A stretch of 32,000 nucleotides of DNA from Caldivirga maquilingensis IC-167 (GCF_000018305.1 NC_009954.1:1770001-1802000); one strand, 5' to 3'. Positions 8,786 to 17,684 are shown, numbered from the stretch's first letter. The notes: generated by a model not told the origin, from the letters alone. Made by a program: numbers and translations.

Positions 8786-10030
8786 TTATTTTTCATTTAA
8801 TTTAAGCATACTTAATGCCTTATCAAGGATTATTCTAGCCAGTTCCCTCTTATGGGCTGGCCCAATCTTAACATATGAACCATCTCTATTAACTACGTAG
8901 TATACGTCATTCATGGTACCAAACCCCAGTTTACTAACATCGTGAGCCGCAACAATATCCCATGAACCCTCACTCATCCTCCTTAAGGCCCTCTTCAATA
9001 ATTCATCCTCATTAACATTAACCTCAGCCTTATACCCAACAATGATGGTGCTTGGAGATGCTGCCTTGGCTTCATTGATTATCTTGGGTGCCTTAATCAA
9101 TGTCACCTCAACCTTATCAACATCACTACTTAACTTACCACTAACCCTATTACCCACGTAGAAGTCAAGAGGTGCTGCTGCGAATACTGCAATGTGAATG
9201 CGCCTACTCTTAAGCACTTCAACAACTGCATTACGCATATCCACTACACCATTCACGTTAATCACATTAACACCATTAGGGTACTTTACATTGACTGGAC
9301 CTGATACAACGTAAACCTCAGCACCCCTAGCTGCAGCCTCCCTGGCTATATAGTACCCAGTTAATCCACTGCTTGGTGTTGTCACATACTTGACGTCATC
9401 AATATACTCCCTGGTTGGACCTGAGGTGACCAATACCCTTAATCCACTCATGTTCCTTGGTGACGTTAAGTCTATTGTGGATTCAATAATCTCATCAGTG
9501 GGCGGTATTTTAGCCTTACCCTCCTCAATAATTGGTTCAAGGAACTTTACACCAAGGTTCCTTAATTTCTCCACGTTACTCCTCACAATTGGGTTCACCC
9601 ACATGTTAATGTTCATGGCTGGAACCATTAGTATTGGTTTACCAGCACCTATGGCTACCGTTAAGCATAGTGAAGCTGGTGAATCAGATACGCCACTGGC
9701 AACTTTACCTATTAAATTAGCTGTAGCCGGTGCAACCACAATGGCGTCTGAGTTGGCGCATAGGCTAACATGCTCAGTGTAACCACTTAATTCAACTAAT
9801 GGTTTAACCCCAGTGGCCCAATGCATTATTAACGGATTCAATAATCTTGAGGCAGTCCTACTCATGAAAACCTCTACGAAGGCTCCATGCCTAATTAACC
9901 CTCTAGCAACGTCAGGAATCCTATATATTGACACACTACCAGTAACTACGAGTACTATTCTTTTACCTTTAAGTAATCCACTTAAGCTACCTCTAATGGC
10001 CTCAACGTCCTCACTCACGTGAAGACTCAC
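8786..10030 (-). CDS. coaBC: Bifunctional phosphopantothenoylcysteine decarboxylase / phosphopantothenate-cysteine ligase (CoaBC/Dfp)
   Basis: N-terminal flavoprotein domain (IVLVVTGSVSIYRIPDVARGLIRHGAFVEVFMS, APATANLIGKVASG, PAMN). C-terminal synthetase domain (VLVTSGPTREYIDDVKYVTTPSSG). GTG start. Confidence 0.9.
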   Translation of the reverse strand: MSLHVSEDVEAIRGSLSGLLKGKRIVLVVTGSVSIYRIPDVARGLIRHGAFVEVFMSRTASRLLNPLIMHWATGVKPLVELSGYTEHVSLCANSDAIVVAPATANLIGKVASGVSDSPASLCLTVAIGAGKPILMVPAMNINMWVNPIVRSNVEKLRNLGVKFLEPIIEEGKAKIPPTDEIIESTIDLTSPRNMSGLRVLVTSGPTREYIDDVKYVTTPSSGLTGYYIAREAAARGAEVYVVSGPVNVKYPNGVNVINVNGVVDMRNAVVEVLKSRRIHIAVFAAAPLDFYVGNRVSGKLSSDVDKVEVTLIKAPKIINEAKAASPSTIIVGYKAEVNVNEDELLKRALRRMSEGSWDIVAAHDVSKLGFGTMNDVYYVVNRDGSYVKIGPAHKRELARIILDKALSMLKLNEK

Positions 10031-10158
10031 TCCCCTCTTTATTTAAACATAGTTTACTTTAAGATTGGGAAATAAGGCAACGCCCACTGGTTAATAATTG
10101 GGGAAAGTCATTACTGGGCCGATAAGTTTATATAGCTTGATGCGATTATTATTGACTA

Positions 10159-11358
10159 ATGATAAGTACTGATGGTATTTTAATAACGCTTGCATTAATT
10201 ATATTGATTGGTTATGTTGGTGATTACTTGTTTCGATTAACCAGGGTACCGGAGGCTGTGATTCTAATGCTCATAGGGATATTACTTGTGCCCATTGGTC
10301 ATATTATCCCCATAAAATATGTTACGCTACTTAGGGAATTAGCCCCACTCTTCGGTGATATAGCCCTAGTTATGATTATGTTTGATGGTGGACGTAAGAT
10401 AAGTTTCAGGACCCCATTATCCTCAAGCGGCCTTGGCTTAACGTTAGCAACACTGGACGTGGTCATACCATCTGCATTACTGGCTGTTATAATGTACTCA
10501 TTCTTCAACTGGCCCCTCGTATACGGGGCAATACTGGGTGCTATATTGGGTGAAACAACTACAACAGTCATAGTACCATTAGCCACTAGGCTAGTTATAA
10601 GTGATTCAGTCTATAATATGATAGTCATAGAGGCTACGTTCAACTCCGTGGTATCAATTCTACTCTTCTACCTCCTAACAATACTTCTAACCGGTCAGTT
10701 CTCAATCCTATCCTACACTAGGTACGTAATATCATACTTCAGCATTGCGGTATTCCTAGGTTTAGTAATGGGGATGCTGTGGCTATTGGCATTGAACTGG
10801 GTTAAGAGTACTAAGGCATATGCCGTTACAATAGGTATTGCCTTCCTACTCTATGGCGTAGTTGACTTACTTGGTGGTGCAGCTGTGGTTGCTGTTCTGA
10901 TTTTCGCAATAATCATAGGTAACCATGAAGTGATCAGTGAATACATGGGTCTTAGGCTTAACATTGATGAGGATAGGCTTAACGTTGTTGAGGATGAATT
11001 AGAGTTCCTTGTTAGAACATTCTTCTACGTCCTAATAGGAATGATCTCAATAATATCCCTATACTATGCACTTCTAGCCCTAGTGATCACTGGGCTTCTT
11101 TTAGCCATTAGGTATATTGAAATATTCTCAATAATTAAAGACAGCAAAACATCCACACTACTGTTTGCCCTAGCCCCAAGAGGCTTAACTGCAGCTGTAT
11201 TAGCAAGTATATTCCTAAATATGAATTACCAACCATACTCAACCCACGTATTCCTAGTAACCTTCATGGTCATAATATTCACCAACATTGTATCAAGTGG
11301 GTTATTGTCCATTATGGTTAAGACTAAGGTGAAGAGTGAGGAGCAGAAAGTTAAGTAA
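10159..11358 (+). CDS. Cation/proton antiporter (Na+/H+ exchanger, CPA family)
   Basis: 399-aa polytopic membrane protein with about 11-12 TM segments and Na_H_exchanger-like motifs (LFGDIALVMIMFDGG, LGAILGETTTTV). Confidence 0.8.
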   Translation: MISTDGILITLALIILIGYVGDYLFRLTRVPEAVILMLIGILLVPIGHIIPIKYVTLLRELAPLFGDIALVMIMFDGGRKISFRTPLSSSGLGLTLATLDVVIPSALLAVIMYSFFNWPLVYGAILGAILGETTTTVIVPLATRLVISDSVYNMIVIEATFNSVVSILLFYLLTILLTGQFSILSYTRYVISYFSIAVFLGLVMGMLWLLALNWVKSTKAYAVTIGIAFLLYGVVDLLGGAAVVAVLIFAIIIGNHEVISEYMGLRLNIDEDRLNVVEDELEFLVRTFFYVLIGMISIISLYYALLALVITGLLLAIRYIEIFSIIKDSKTSTLLFALAPRGLTAAVLASIFLNMNYQPYSTHVFLVTFMVIIFTNIVSSGLLSIMVKTKVKSEEQKVK

Positions 11359-11403
11359 TAGGGAGGTAAGGTTTTTAACACCAGTTACCCATTAATTAAC
11401 TCA

Positions 11404-11616
11404 ATGAGCATTTCAAGTGAGACTGAGCAGAGGGTTGTCTGCCCATACTGTGGCTTAACGGATTGGGTTCTGGTTCAGCCAATTAATAGGAGGGATAGTA
11501 GAGGATTCCTAGTGAGTGTAATGCTTTGCAGATGCAATAACTGTGGAAGAGTATTCTATGTATTTAAGTATAGGTTCAGGAGCATTACATATAAGCTTGA
11601 AAACCTGGCTACTTAA
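11404..11616 (+). CDS. Small zinc-ribbon protein (hypothetical)
   Basis: 70-aa ORF with two CxxC pairs (CPYCG ... CNNCG). Confidence 0.4.
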   Translation: MSISSETEQRVVCPYCGLTDWVLVQPINRRDSRGFLVSVMLCRCNNCGRVFYVFKYRFRSITYKLENLAT

Positions 11617-11728
11617 CATTAATTTAAATGTTTACTGCAGCATGCAATGCATTATTAAGCATGGTTGAAAGAGTTTGGATTAATGTTTTAAGAGTAAGAT
11701 TTATATACATTAACAACGCCAATTACCA

Positions 11729-11953
11729 ATGCCTGAAATACCACTAGCCCCCATAGAGAGGATCTTCAAAAAAGCAGGAGCGGAGAGAGTGGGTGAGGAT
11801 GCTGTTATTGCGTTAAGGGATGTGTTGGAGAACGTTGCCTACGAGGTCTCTGTAAAGAGCATTGAATTAGCGAAGCATGCGGGCAGGAAAACTGTGAGCG
11901 CAGATGATGTTAAGGCTGTTGTAAGGATCTTCAGGTGCATTAACTTATCATGA
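11729..11953 (+). CDS. Archaeal histone (HMf/CBF-NFY histone-fold family)
   Basis: Collinear with the HMfB-type sequence as I recall it: IPLAPIERIFKKAGAERVGEDAVIALRDVLENVAYEVSVKSIELAKHAGRKTVSADDVKAVV. TATA-like TTTATATA lies about 25 nt upstream of the ATG. Confidence 0.9.
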   Translation: MPEIPLAPIERIFKKAGAERVGEDAVIALRDVLENVAYEVSVKSIELAKHAGRKTVSADDVKAVVRIFRCINLS

Positions 11954-12417
11954 GCATTAAAGTACCTTACGTACCGACCCCAACGTCAGTGGCCATGGAG
12001 ATTATTAAGAGGACTAAGCCACGGCCAGGTGAAGTAATTGTTGATGCCGGAGCAGGGGAATGTAATATTGTAATTGAGGCTGCTAGAAGGTTTGAATTAA
12101 TTGGATTAGGCATAGAGAAGGACCCGGTATTAGTTAAGAGGTGCCTTGAGAGGATTAACGCAGAGGGTTTACGTGGAAGGGTTTACGTGGCTTGGGGGGA
12201 TATATTTCAATTCAACTATTCGATAGCAGATATAGTTTACTTATACTTAGGTACTGATGTTAATAAGGAGCTTGCACCCATATTATTCAGCACACTTAAG
12301 AGGGGTGCAAGGGTGGTTTCCCATGACTTTGAGATACCTGGTTATAAGCCCACTGAGGTTGGTTCAGTGAAGGGGCCTTTAAGGGGGCATAAGTATTACC
12401 TATATATTAAAACATAG
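11950..12417 (+). CDS. aKMT-family class I SAM-dependent (protein lysine) methyltransferase
   Basis: 155 aa. Has the N-terminal VPYVPTP motif, SAM motif I VIVDAGAGECNIVIEAA, and C-terminal VVSHDFEIPGYKPTEV...YYLYI. As I recall them, these are the hallmarks of the crenarchaeal aKMT family and its bacterial relatives. The start overlaps the histone stop (ATGA). Confidence 0.7.
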   Translation: MSIKVPYVPTPTSVAMEIIKRTKPRPGEVIVDAGAGECNIVIEAARRFELIGLGIEKDPVLVKRCLERINAEGLRGRVYVAWGDIFQFNYSIADIVYLYLGTDVNKELAPILFSTLKRGARVVSHDFEIPGYKPTEVGSVKGPLRGHKYYLYIKT

Positions 12418-13053
12418 TTAGGCATTATCTTCATTATTGAATTTCGACTCTAGGATTCTCCTAATCATAAGCATGCTTGATGATGATAATCCACTCAGCT
12501 TAATGGGCCATTGCCTATAATTATTCAATGCATTTAATGGTGTTCCATAGATTTTAAGCAATCTAACGGCCCTCCTAATCCCTATTCCCGGTAATGATGA
12601 TAGGAGGGTAATCTGCATATCACTGATTGACTCACTCTTCCTCCTATTACTTATCTTAATTAAGCCAGGTGAAGTTACCGCAAGGGAGTAAAGGGCTTGG
12701 GCAGTATCCCACTCATCTCTAGTCCAAATAAGCCTAAGCCCGCTCCTACTCACCTTAACCAAGGCCCCAATTAATGCATTCCTACTAATACCCCTCACTG
12801 ATACCGTTGACCATAAGTCACCCTCAATGATTATGTAAGGCTCCTGGTAAGCCTCAATTAGGTTACTAGCCTGTTGAAACAACCTACCGTCAATTATTGA
12901 GTTCACGAAATCCATAGCCCTCTTACGCTCCACAGCCACCTCACTTGAAACCACGTAATCCCCAACAGTCAGTGTAGATACCAGGACCCTGCATCCAAGC
13001 TCCTTTACAGCATTAACAACAGCCTGGGCAGTCTCATACTCCCTTGAATCCAC
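12418..13053 (-). CDS. xpf: Short-form XPF/ERCC4 structure-specific endonuclease (nuclease + HhH2 domains)
   Basis: ERCC4 motifs DSRE and LTVGDYVVSSEVAVERKRAMDFVNSIIDGRLFQQ. C-terminal HhH2 region LLSSLPGIGIRRAVRLLKIYGT. The only canonical start is GTG at 13053 (see finding). Confidence 0.85.
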   Translation of the reverse strand: MDSREYETAQAVVNAVKELGCRVLVSTLTVGDYVVSSEVAVERKRAMDFVNSIIDGRLFQQASNLIEAYQEPYIIIEGDLWSTVSVRGISRNALIGALVKVSRSGLRLIWTRDEWDTAQALYSLAVTSPGLIKISNRRKSESISDMQITLLSSLPGIGIRRAVRLLKIYGTPLNALNNYRQWPIKLSGLSSSSMLMIRRILESKFNNEDNA

Positions 13054-13138
13054 GACAATACTGCACCCCAGATTGGATCAGTCTCAATCACCCATGTGGG
13101 TTTAAATAAGTTTAACAATTAGGAATGCTTAATCATGA

Positions 13139-13212
13139 AGCCCCGGCCGGGATTCGAACCCGGGACCTCCTCATTACCAGTGAGGCGCTCCACCAGGCTG
13201 AGCTACCGGGGC
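13139..13212 (-). tRNA. tRNA-Thr (anticodon GGU), copy 1
   Basis: Hand-folded 74-nt cloverleaf. Acceptor GCCCCGG/CCGGGGC, D arm GCTC/GAGC, anticodon stem CCTCA/TGAGG with loop CTGGTAA, T arm CCGGG-TTCGAAT-CCCGG, discriminator U. No encoded CCA. Confidence 0.95.
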
Positions 13213-13235
13213 TTCATGACCTTGCATAGTTAATT

Positions 13236-13243
13236 ATTTTAAA
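13236..13243 (-). promoter_or_regulatory. TATA box (TTTAAAAT on minus strand) for tRNA-Thr copy 1
   Basis: AT-rich box-A-like element 24-31 nt upstream of the tRNA 5' end. Confidence 0.45.
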
Positions 13244-13287
13244 TTTTTCTCCCATTACATACGACTGGTTACGTTAACTAATGTGCA

Positions 13288-15393
13288 TTAACCTGGTGGT
13301 TCAATGATTTCGCTGAAGCAGTTTTCACTAACGTACCCAGCTTCATAATAACCCTGTGGTACTGTGCATTGGCCAATAACGGATGGTTCAATGATCCCAC
13401 TATTAAGTGCAATGCGGTATACGTATGACTCACCCATTAGCTCACCACTGGTGAATTGCGATAAACCAATCCAAGTACCATTGGGGGCTAGTTGAGTGGT
13501 GGGTTTTCCAGTATCGTAAACGTAGTCTGTGTAGAATGTTAAATTACCCCCAGTGATGCTTGGTGGGCAATCATAGACGCCATTGTACTCAGGGGTCTCG
13601 ACAATGAATTGCGCCGCCTGCCAATTAGTGGCCTGGGTTTGGATAGTGATGGTTAAGGGCATGTTGTAAGTGGCCTCCAGGTATGTGCCATTGGGGTAAC
13701 CTATGTACCAGTTAATGTACCATGATTGAGTATTGGATGAAGTGTAGTTGTAGTATGTATCCACGGTTATCGTTGAGTAGGGTACTACTGCATATGGTGC
13801 CGTGTTGATTGGTGTTATTAAGTAGCCTTGGGGTTCATCAGCGTAGAATAATTGATAAGTGAACCCTGAACCCAATGATTGCCAAATCCAACCTGCTTGA
13901 ATATAAGGCTCATACCACTGGTTACCTGGGGATAAACCAATCCAAGCCGCCAAGCCGGGTACACTGTATGTGCATGAAACTGGGGATAACTGTGGTACGG
14001 TTATCCAACTTGTTAAGGCCTCAAAGGTATCGTTACCGTATGGGCTTACTCCACTATCGTATGAAACCACGTACCCAGCCCAGTTACTTGACCCAACACT
14101 AACTGCATTAATCCCCTGCAGCTTCACACTATTCAATGCCTTAATCTCACCCCTGGAGACTAGCCTAATATCAATGTTAACGCTGTAAACGCTGTATGTT
14201 GGATCACTGTTAACGCTATATGTTGATGCTGACCCATTCTTGGAGCCATACATCGTTACGTAGATTAAGCCAACCCTACTGCCACCTGCGTATACGCTGA
14301 ATACCCAATCATAGTATATTGAACCAGTACTAACGTATGTTGGTATTGAACTATTTACCTTAACCCACTGCACCTGGAATCCTAATGCGCTGAGGCTTAA
14401 TTCACCACCATTAATATAATTCCTAACCTCCCGTATTGAATACAGTATGCTTAACACTAGTGCAGTTGCATTACGTACATGCGGCATGAGGAGTTTATTG
14501 GGTTCATCACTGAACCAGAAGAAACCCGGCATTTTAACGCTAATCCCCAGGGGTAGGCATAGGTTACTGTAGGATGTGTTGAGGGTTGGTATGTGAATAC
14601 TACTGCACATGAATTCAACACTATGGAATTCCGTTAAGTAAGTGATCTCTGGGTTTGATATGTTGTAGGAATACTTAATGTACCGTGACTCATTCACGTT
14701 AATGTTAATGATGAGCTTATCATTATTATTAAGCAACACAGCTGGGTGAGTCCTAAGCACGCCAATTATTAACTCACGTTTAATAGTCATATTCAAGTAC
14801 ACGGTATGACTACCTGGGGGTCCGGTGAAGAGGCTTAGATTAACTTCACCGTAGGCTATGTTCTTTAGGGGCTGGTAAATTAGGCATGGTGTTGAGTAGC
14901 TTGGATTAACTATTTCAGTAAACCCATTACTACTCTGCCCTGGTTTACCATTGATTTTGAAGCCGATGCAAGATAGGGTATTATTCCCAATTACCCCCTT
15001 CATTTCAGGAAGCGCGGGTATTAGCCTTGCCTCTACAGCTAATAATGTGTCAAAGGCGTACTGCACCATCGTGGGTTCACTGGTGAATTGCCCAACATAG
15101 GATGAGTTAACACTGTAGGGTAGGCATATTGTTTCATTAAACACGCCTATACTGCTTAAATTTAACGTAATGCACTTAATGATCATTAATGTTGAACCCG
15201 ATGAATTAATAGGCAAGTACCTTACACTGCCCTCAGCTGGTATTGTGACATATGAATTATTAATAATAACCACCAGCTTATATTCACTACCCTCAGCATT
15301 GGGGTGTATTACCAGAAAGGCGAATAAAACCAGTAACGCTATAACTAATGCTACTATAGCGTACCAACCAGGGGTCATAAAATGAGATGCCAT
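13288..15393 (-). CDS. Membrane-anchored, N-glycosylation-sequon-rich extracellular protein with C-terminal peptidase G1 (eqolisin, Pfam Peptidase_A4)-like domain
   Basis: The probable start is ATG at 15393 (MASHFMTPGWY), with TATA-like GTTTATAAGC about 25 nt upstream; the listed TTG at 15411 is unlikely. One N-terminal TM helix and more than 20 NxS/T sequons. The region 13402-14091 carries the collinear G1-peptidase motifs SSNWAGYV, AAWIGL, YIQAGW, AAQFIVETPE and GGNLTF. Confidence 0.6.
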   Translation of the reverse strand: MASHFMTPGWYAIVALVIALLVLFAFLVIHPNAEGSEYKLVVIINNSYVTIPAEGSVRYLPINSSGSTLMIIKCITLNLSSIGVFNETICLPYSVNSSYVGQFTSEPTMVQYAFDTLLAVEARLIPALPEMKGVIGNNTLSCIGFKINGKPGQSSNGFTEIVNPSYSTPCLIYQPLKNIAYGEVNLSLFTGPPGSHTVYLNMTIKRELIIGVLRTHPAVLLNNNDKLIININVNESRYIKYSYNISNPEITYLTEFHSVEFMCSSIHIPTLNTSYSNLCLPLGISVKMPGFFWFSDEPNKLLMPHVRNATALVLSILYSIREVRNYINGGELSLSALGFQVQWVKVNSSIPTYVSTGSIYYDWVFSVYAGGSRVGLIYVTMYGSKNGSASTYSVNSDPTYSVYSVNIDIRLVSRGEIKALNSVKLQGINAVSVGSSNWAGYVVSYDSGVSPYGNDTFEALTSWITVPQLSPVSCTYSVPGLAAWIGLSPGNQWYEPYIQAGWIWQSLGSGFTYQLFYADEPQGYLITPINTAPYAVVPYSTITVDTYYNYTSSNTQSWYINWYIGYPNGTYLEATYNMPLTITIQTQATNWQAAQFIVETPEYNGVYDCPPSITGGNLTFYTDYVYDTGKPTTQLAPNGTWIGLSQFTSGELMGESYVYRIALNSGIIEPSVIGQCTVPQGYYEAGYVSENCFSEIIEPPG

Positions 15394-15600
15394 ATTGAAA
15401 TCACGAACCAATGCTTATAAACTCTTTTCACTATAGAGTCTATTGTGTTTTTATGGATTACTTCCTAGAGTGATACATAGTTTAGTGTAGGCATTGATAA
15501 GGGTTATTCATTTCTAGGATACAGCCGTAATCATACGTTATCAGTAATCATCCTTAATTTTGAGAAATCAGTGAGCTTCATATCCCCAAGGTAAGGTGGT

Positions 15601-17169
15601 TTATTCAGGTGGTATTTCCTTAAATGTGATCATTAAGTCTATACCTTCCCTACGTGCCCTAATGTACCTGGCTACTTCAAATATTATTACTCCAGCTGCG
15701 AATACCGCTATGAAGAATGCGAATATTAGGGCGCTTGTTATTGGGGTAAATAGGTAGACTAGCGGATTGCTTACCTCCATGTAACTTACCCAGGTGAAGT
15801 AACCTGTTAAGTATAGGCCAATTATGGTGATTAACGTATTCCTCCTCTTAACACCATAGGCTACGGCCGTTATCGATAATATTATGAAGTACATTAGTAT
15901 TGTCACCACGGTGCTAATATCCATTGTTGCTGATAACGCTGGTATAACACTGAACACGTACAGGTACATTATGATTAATGATATTGCTAAATCCAAACCA
16001 TGGGCTATTACGGGTGTGTGGGTTCTTGGGTTAACATAGGCTATAAAGCCTGGAAGAATCCTATCGAAGGACATGGCGAATAAGTACCGTGCTATTTGAA
16101 GCACTATGGTGCTCGGTGAGTTAATGTACCATGTGAGGGAGCCTATAGCTATAATCCACTGCATCACCGGGTTCTTAATAAGCAGTATCGCCAGGGCGGG
16201 CGGATACGGTGGTGGCATGTTGCTTGGCCATGATACATTAGGCACTAGGCCATAATATACTGCGAAGGCGCCATTAATGAAGTTTAGGCCTAAACCACCT
16301 ATTGTTGCCCATAATCCAAACCCAACTAATACTGTAATTAGTACATAGGTGCCTATTACGGCTAATGGTACTGTACCCGCTTCCCTCTTAACCTCGCCAC
16401 CTATGGTTATTATGAAGTTGGTGTATGGGAAAATGTAGGCCATGTAGGGTAATAGGGCTATTGTCCCATAGATCACATTACCCTTAGGTAGGCTTAAATC
16501 AGCCTCAATGGCCTTACCATAGAACCCTGGGGCAATACTATTAATTACCGTGGGTAACTCACCTCCATATAGGTAAAGAATAATCATAGTTAATATGAAT
16601 GTTACTGTGGCGATTAGTGATATTGCTGATGAAAGGTACTTACCAGCCTTAACAGATACCATGTTAATCAATATAATCACGGCCAGCATAATGGCACCCA
16701 CTGTGAATATTACCACTGGATTACTAGTCACTAAATTAGCAACATTAACCAATCCCTTATCACCTAAGGAAACGGCTATGGCATATAATGATGGGCCAAG
16801 CGCCGTGGTTAATGCAAAAACCATGGATACTGCATTAAAGAACATTTGATCAACAGTAAACATGAGTAGGCTTGCGAACCCAATCCTAGGCTCAAGGTTA
16901 CGGCTCATGAACACGTAGTCACTGGCTGTCCTATAGTACGTTGAACCAATGAAGTTGATTAAATAGGCCATGGGGGCGAAGGTTATGAAGCCAAGTATCA
17001 ACGCCAGTATTGGATTTCCAAAGGGGAAGTTCACAATACTACTGATTAACAGTAGGTAACCTGACTGGTAAGTAATGTATGCGGTATTCATTAGTAATGC
17101 TGCCAATGGTCCAACCTCTCTAACAAGACCGCTGCTCTGCCTTAGGAATAAATTAGGCTTACCACCCAT
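15601..17169 (-). CDS. APC-superfamily amino acid/polyamine permease
   Basis: 522-aa polytopic membrane protein with about 12-13 TM helices and an N-terminus typical of APC transporters (LRQSSGLVREVGPLAALLMNTAYI). Confidence 0.85.
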   Translation of the reverse strand: MGGKPNLFLRQSSGLVREVGPLAALLMNTAYITYQSGYLLLISSIVNFPFGNPILALILGFITFAPMAYLINFIGSTYYRTASDYVFMSRNLEPRIGFASLLMFTVDQMFFNAVSMVFALTTALGPSLYAIAVSLGDKGLVNVANLVTSNPVVIFTVGAIMLAVIILINMVSVKAGKYLSSAISLIATVTFILTMIILYLYGGELPTVINSIAPGFYGKAIEADLSLPKGNVIYGTIALLPYMAYIFPYTNFIITIGGEVKREAGTVPLAVIGTYVLITVLVGFGLWATIGGLGLNFINGAFAVYYGLVPNVSWPSNMPPPYPPALAILLIKNPVMQWIIAIGSLTWYINSPSTIVLQIARYLFAMSFDRILPGFIAYVNPRTHTPVIAHGLDLAISLIIMYLYVFSVIPALSATMDISTVVTILMYFIILSITAVAYGVKRRNTLITIIGLYLTGYFTWVSYMEVSNPLVYLFTPITSALIFAFFIAVFAAGVIIFEVARYIRARREGIDLMITFKEIPPE

Positions 17170-17471
17170 AGGGACCAGGGGGATAATACTGAACCTTAAG
17201 GTTTACTAAACGTTTAACACTAATACTGTGTCTACGTCTTAGAGATAAAAACCTTAACCTTAGGGTCGGGCTTAGCGTTGGCGTCATTGATACAAATGGC
17301 ACGATACTGAATATGATGCATGTTATCCAAGTGAAGTCATCTGCATAAATGTAATTTACAATTAATGGCCCTGCAATAACACATGCCGTTAGGTGATGGT
17401 TAAACTAAAGTTAATCCTAGTTAATAAAGCATTCATAATCTCCTCTTAATTCACCTTAATCATGTATTTGG

Positions 17472-17545
17472 AGCCCCGGCCGGGATTCGAACCCGGGACC
17501 TCCTCATTACCAGTGAGGCGCTCCACCAGGCTGAGCTACCGGGGC
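17472..17545 (-). tRNA. tRNA-Thr (anticodon GGU), copy 2 (identical to copy 1)
   Basis: Same 74-nt sequence as 13139-13212. Confidence 0.95.
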
Positions 17546-17572
17546 TTCATGACCTTGCATAGTTAATGCTTG

Positions 17573-17582
17573 TATTTTTTAA
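17573..17582 (-). promoter_or_regulatory. TATA box (TTAAAAAATA on minus strand) for tRNA-Thr copy 2
   Basis: Lies 28-37 nt upstream of the tRNA 5' end. The same AAAAACTTAAAAAATA string also precedes tRNA-Ile at 25338-25353. Confidence 0.45.
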
Positions 17583-17684
17583 GTTTTTCCCATTAAGTAA
17601 CCATCATTTGTGTTAAATAATTTATCGTGAAAAACCAAGTAATGATTCATGTATTTTAAAGGGGTATTAAGGTGTATTGTTTCA

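Larger units (their letters stand above)
13128..13257 (-). repeat. Direct repeat copy A (tRNA-Thr plus flanks)
   Basis: 13139-13234 is 96/96 identical to 17472-17567. The flanks are partly conserved: the 10-mer cttaatcatg lies on the left, and the 23 nt after a 5-nt indel on the right match 18/23. Confidence 0.9.
17455..17595 (-). repeat. Direct repeat copy B (tRNA-Thr plus flanks)
   Basis: See copy A. The core-to-core offset is 4333 bp in the same orientation. Confidence 0.9.

Noticed and set aside
13235-17471. Integrase, transposase or terminal inverted repeats inside the tRNA-bracketed cassette
   Set aside because: I looked for these but found none. Only two ordinary-looking cargo genes and short non-coding spacers are present, so I do not call it a mobile element, only a repeat-bracketed cassette.
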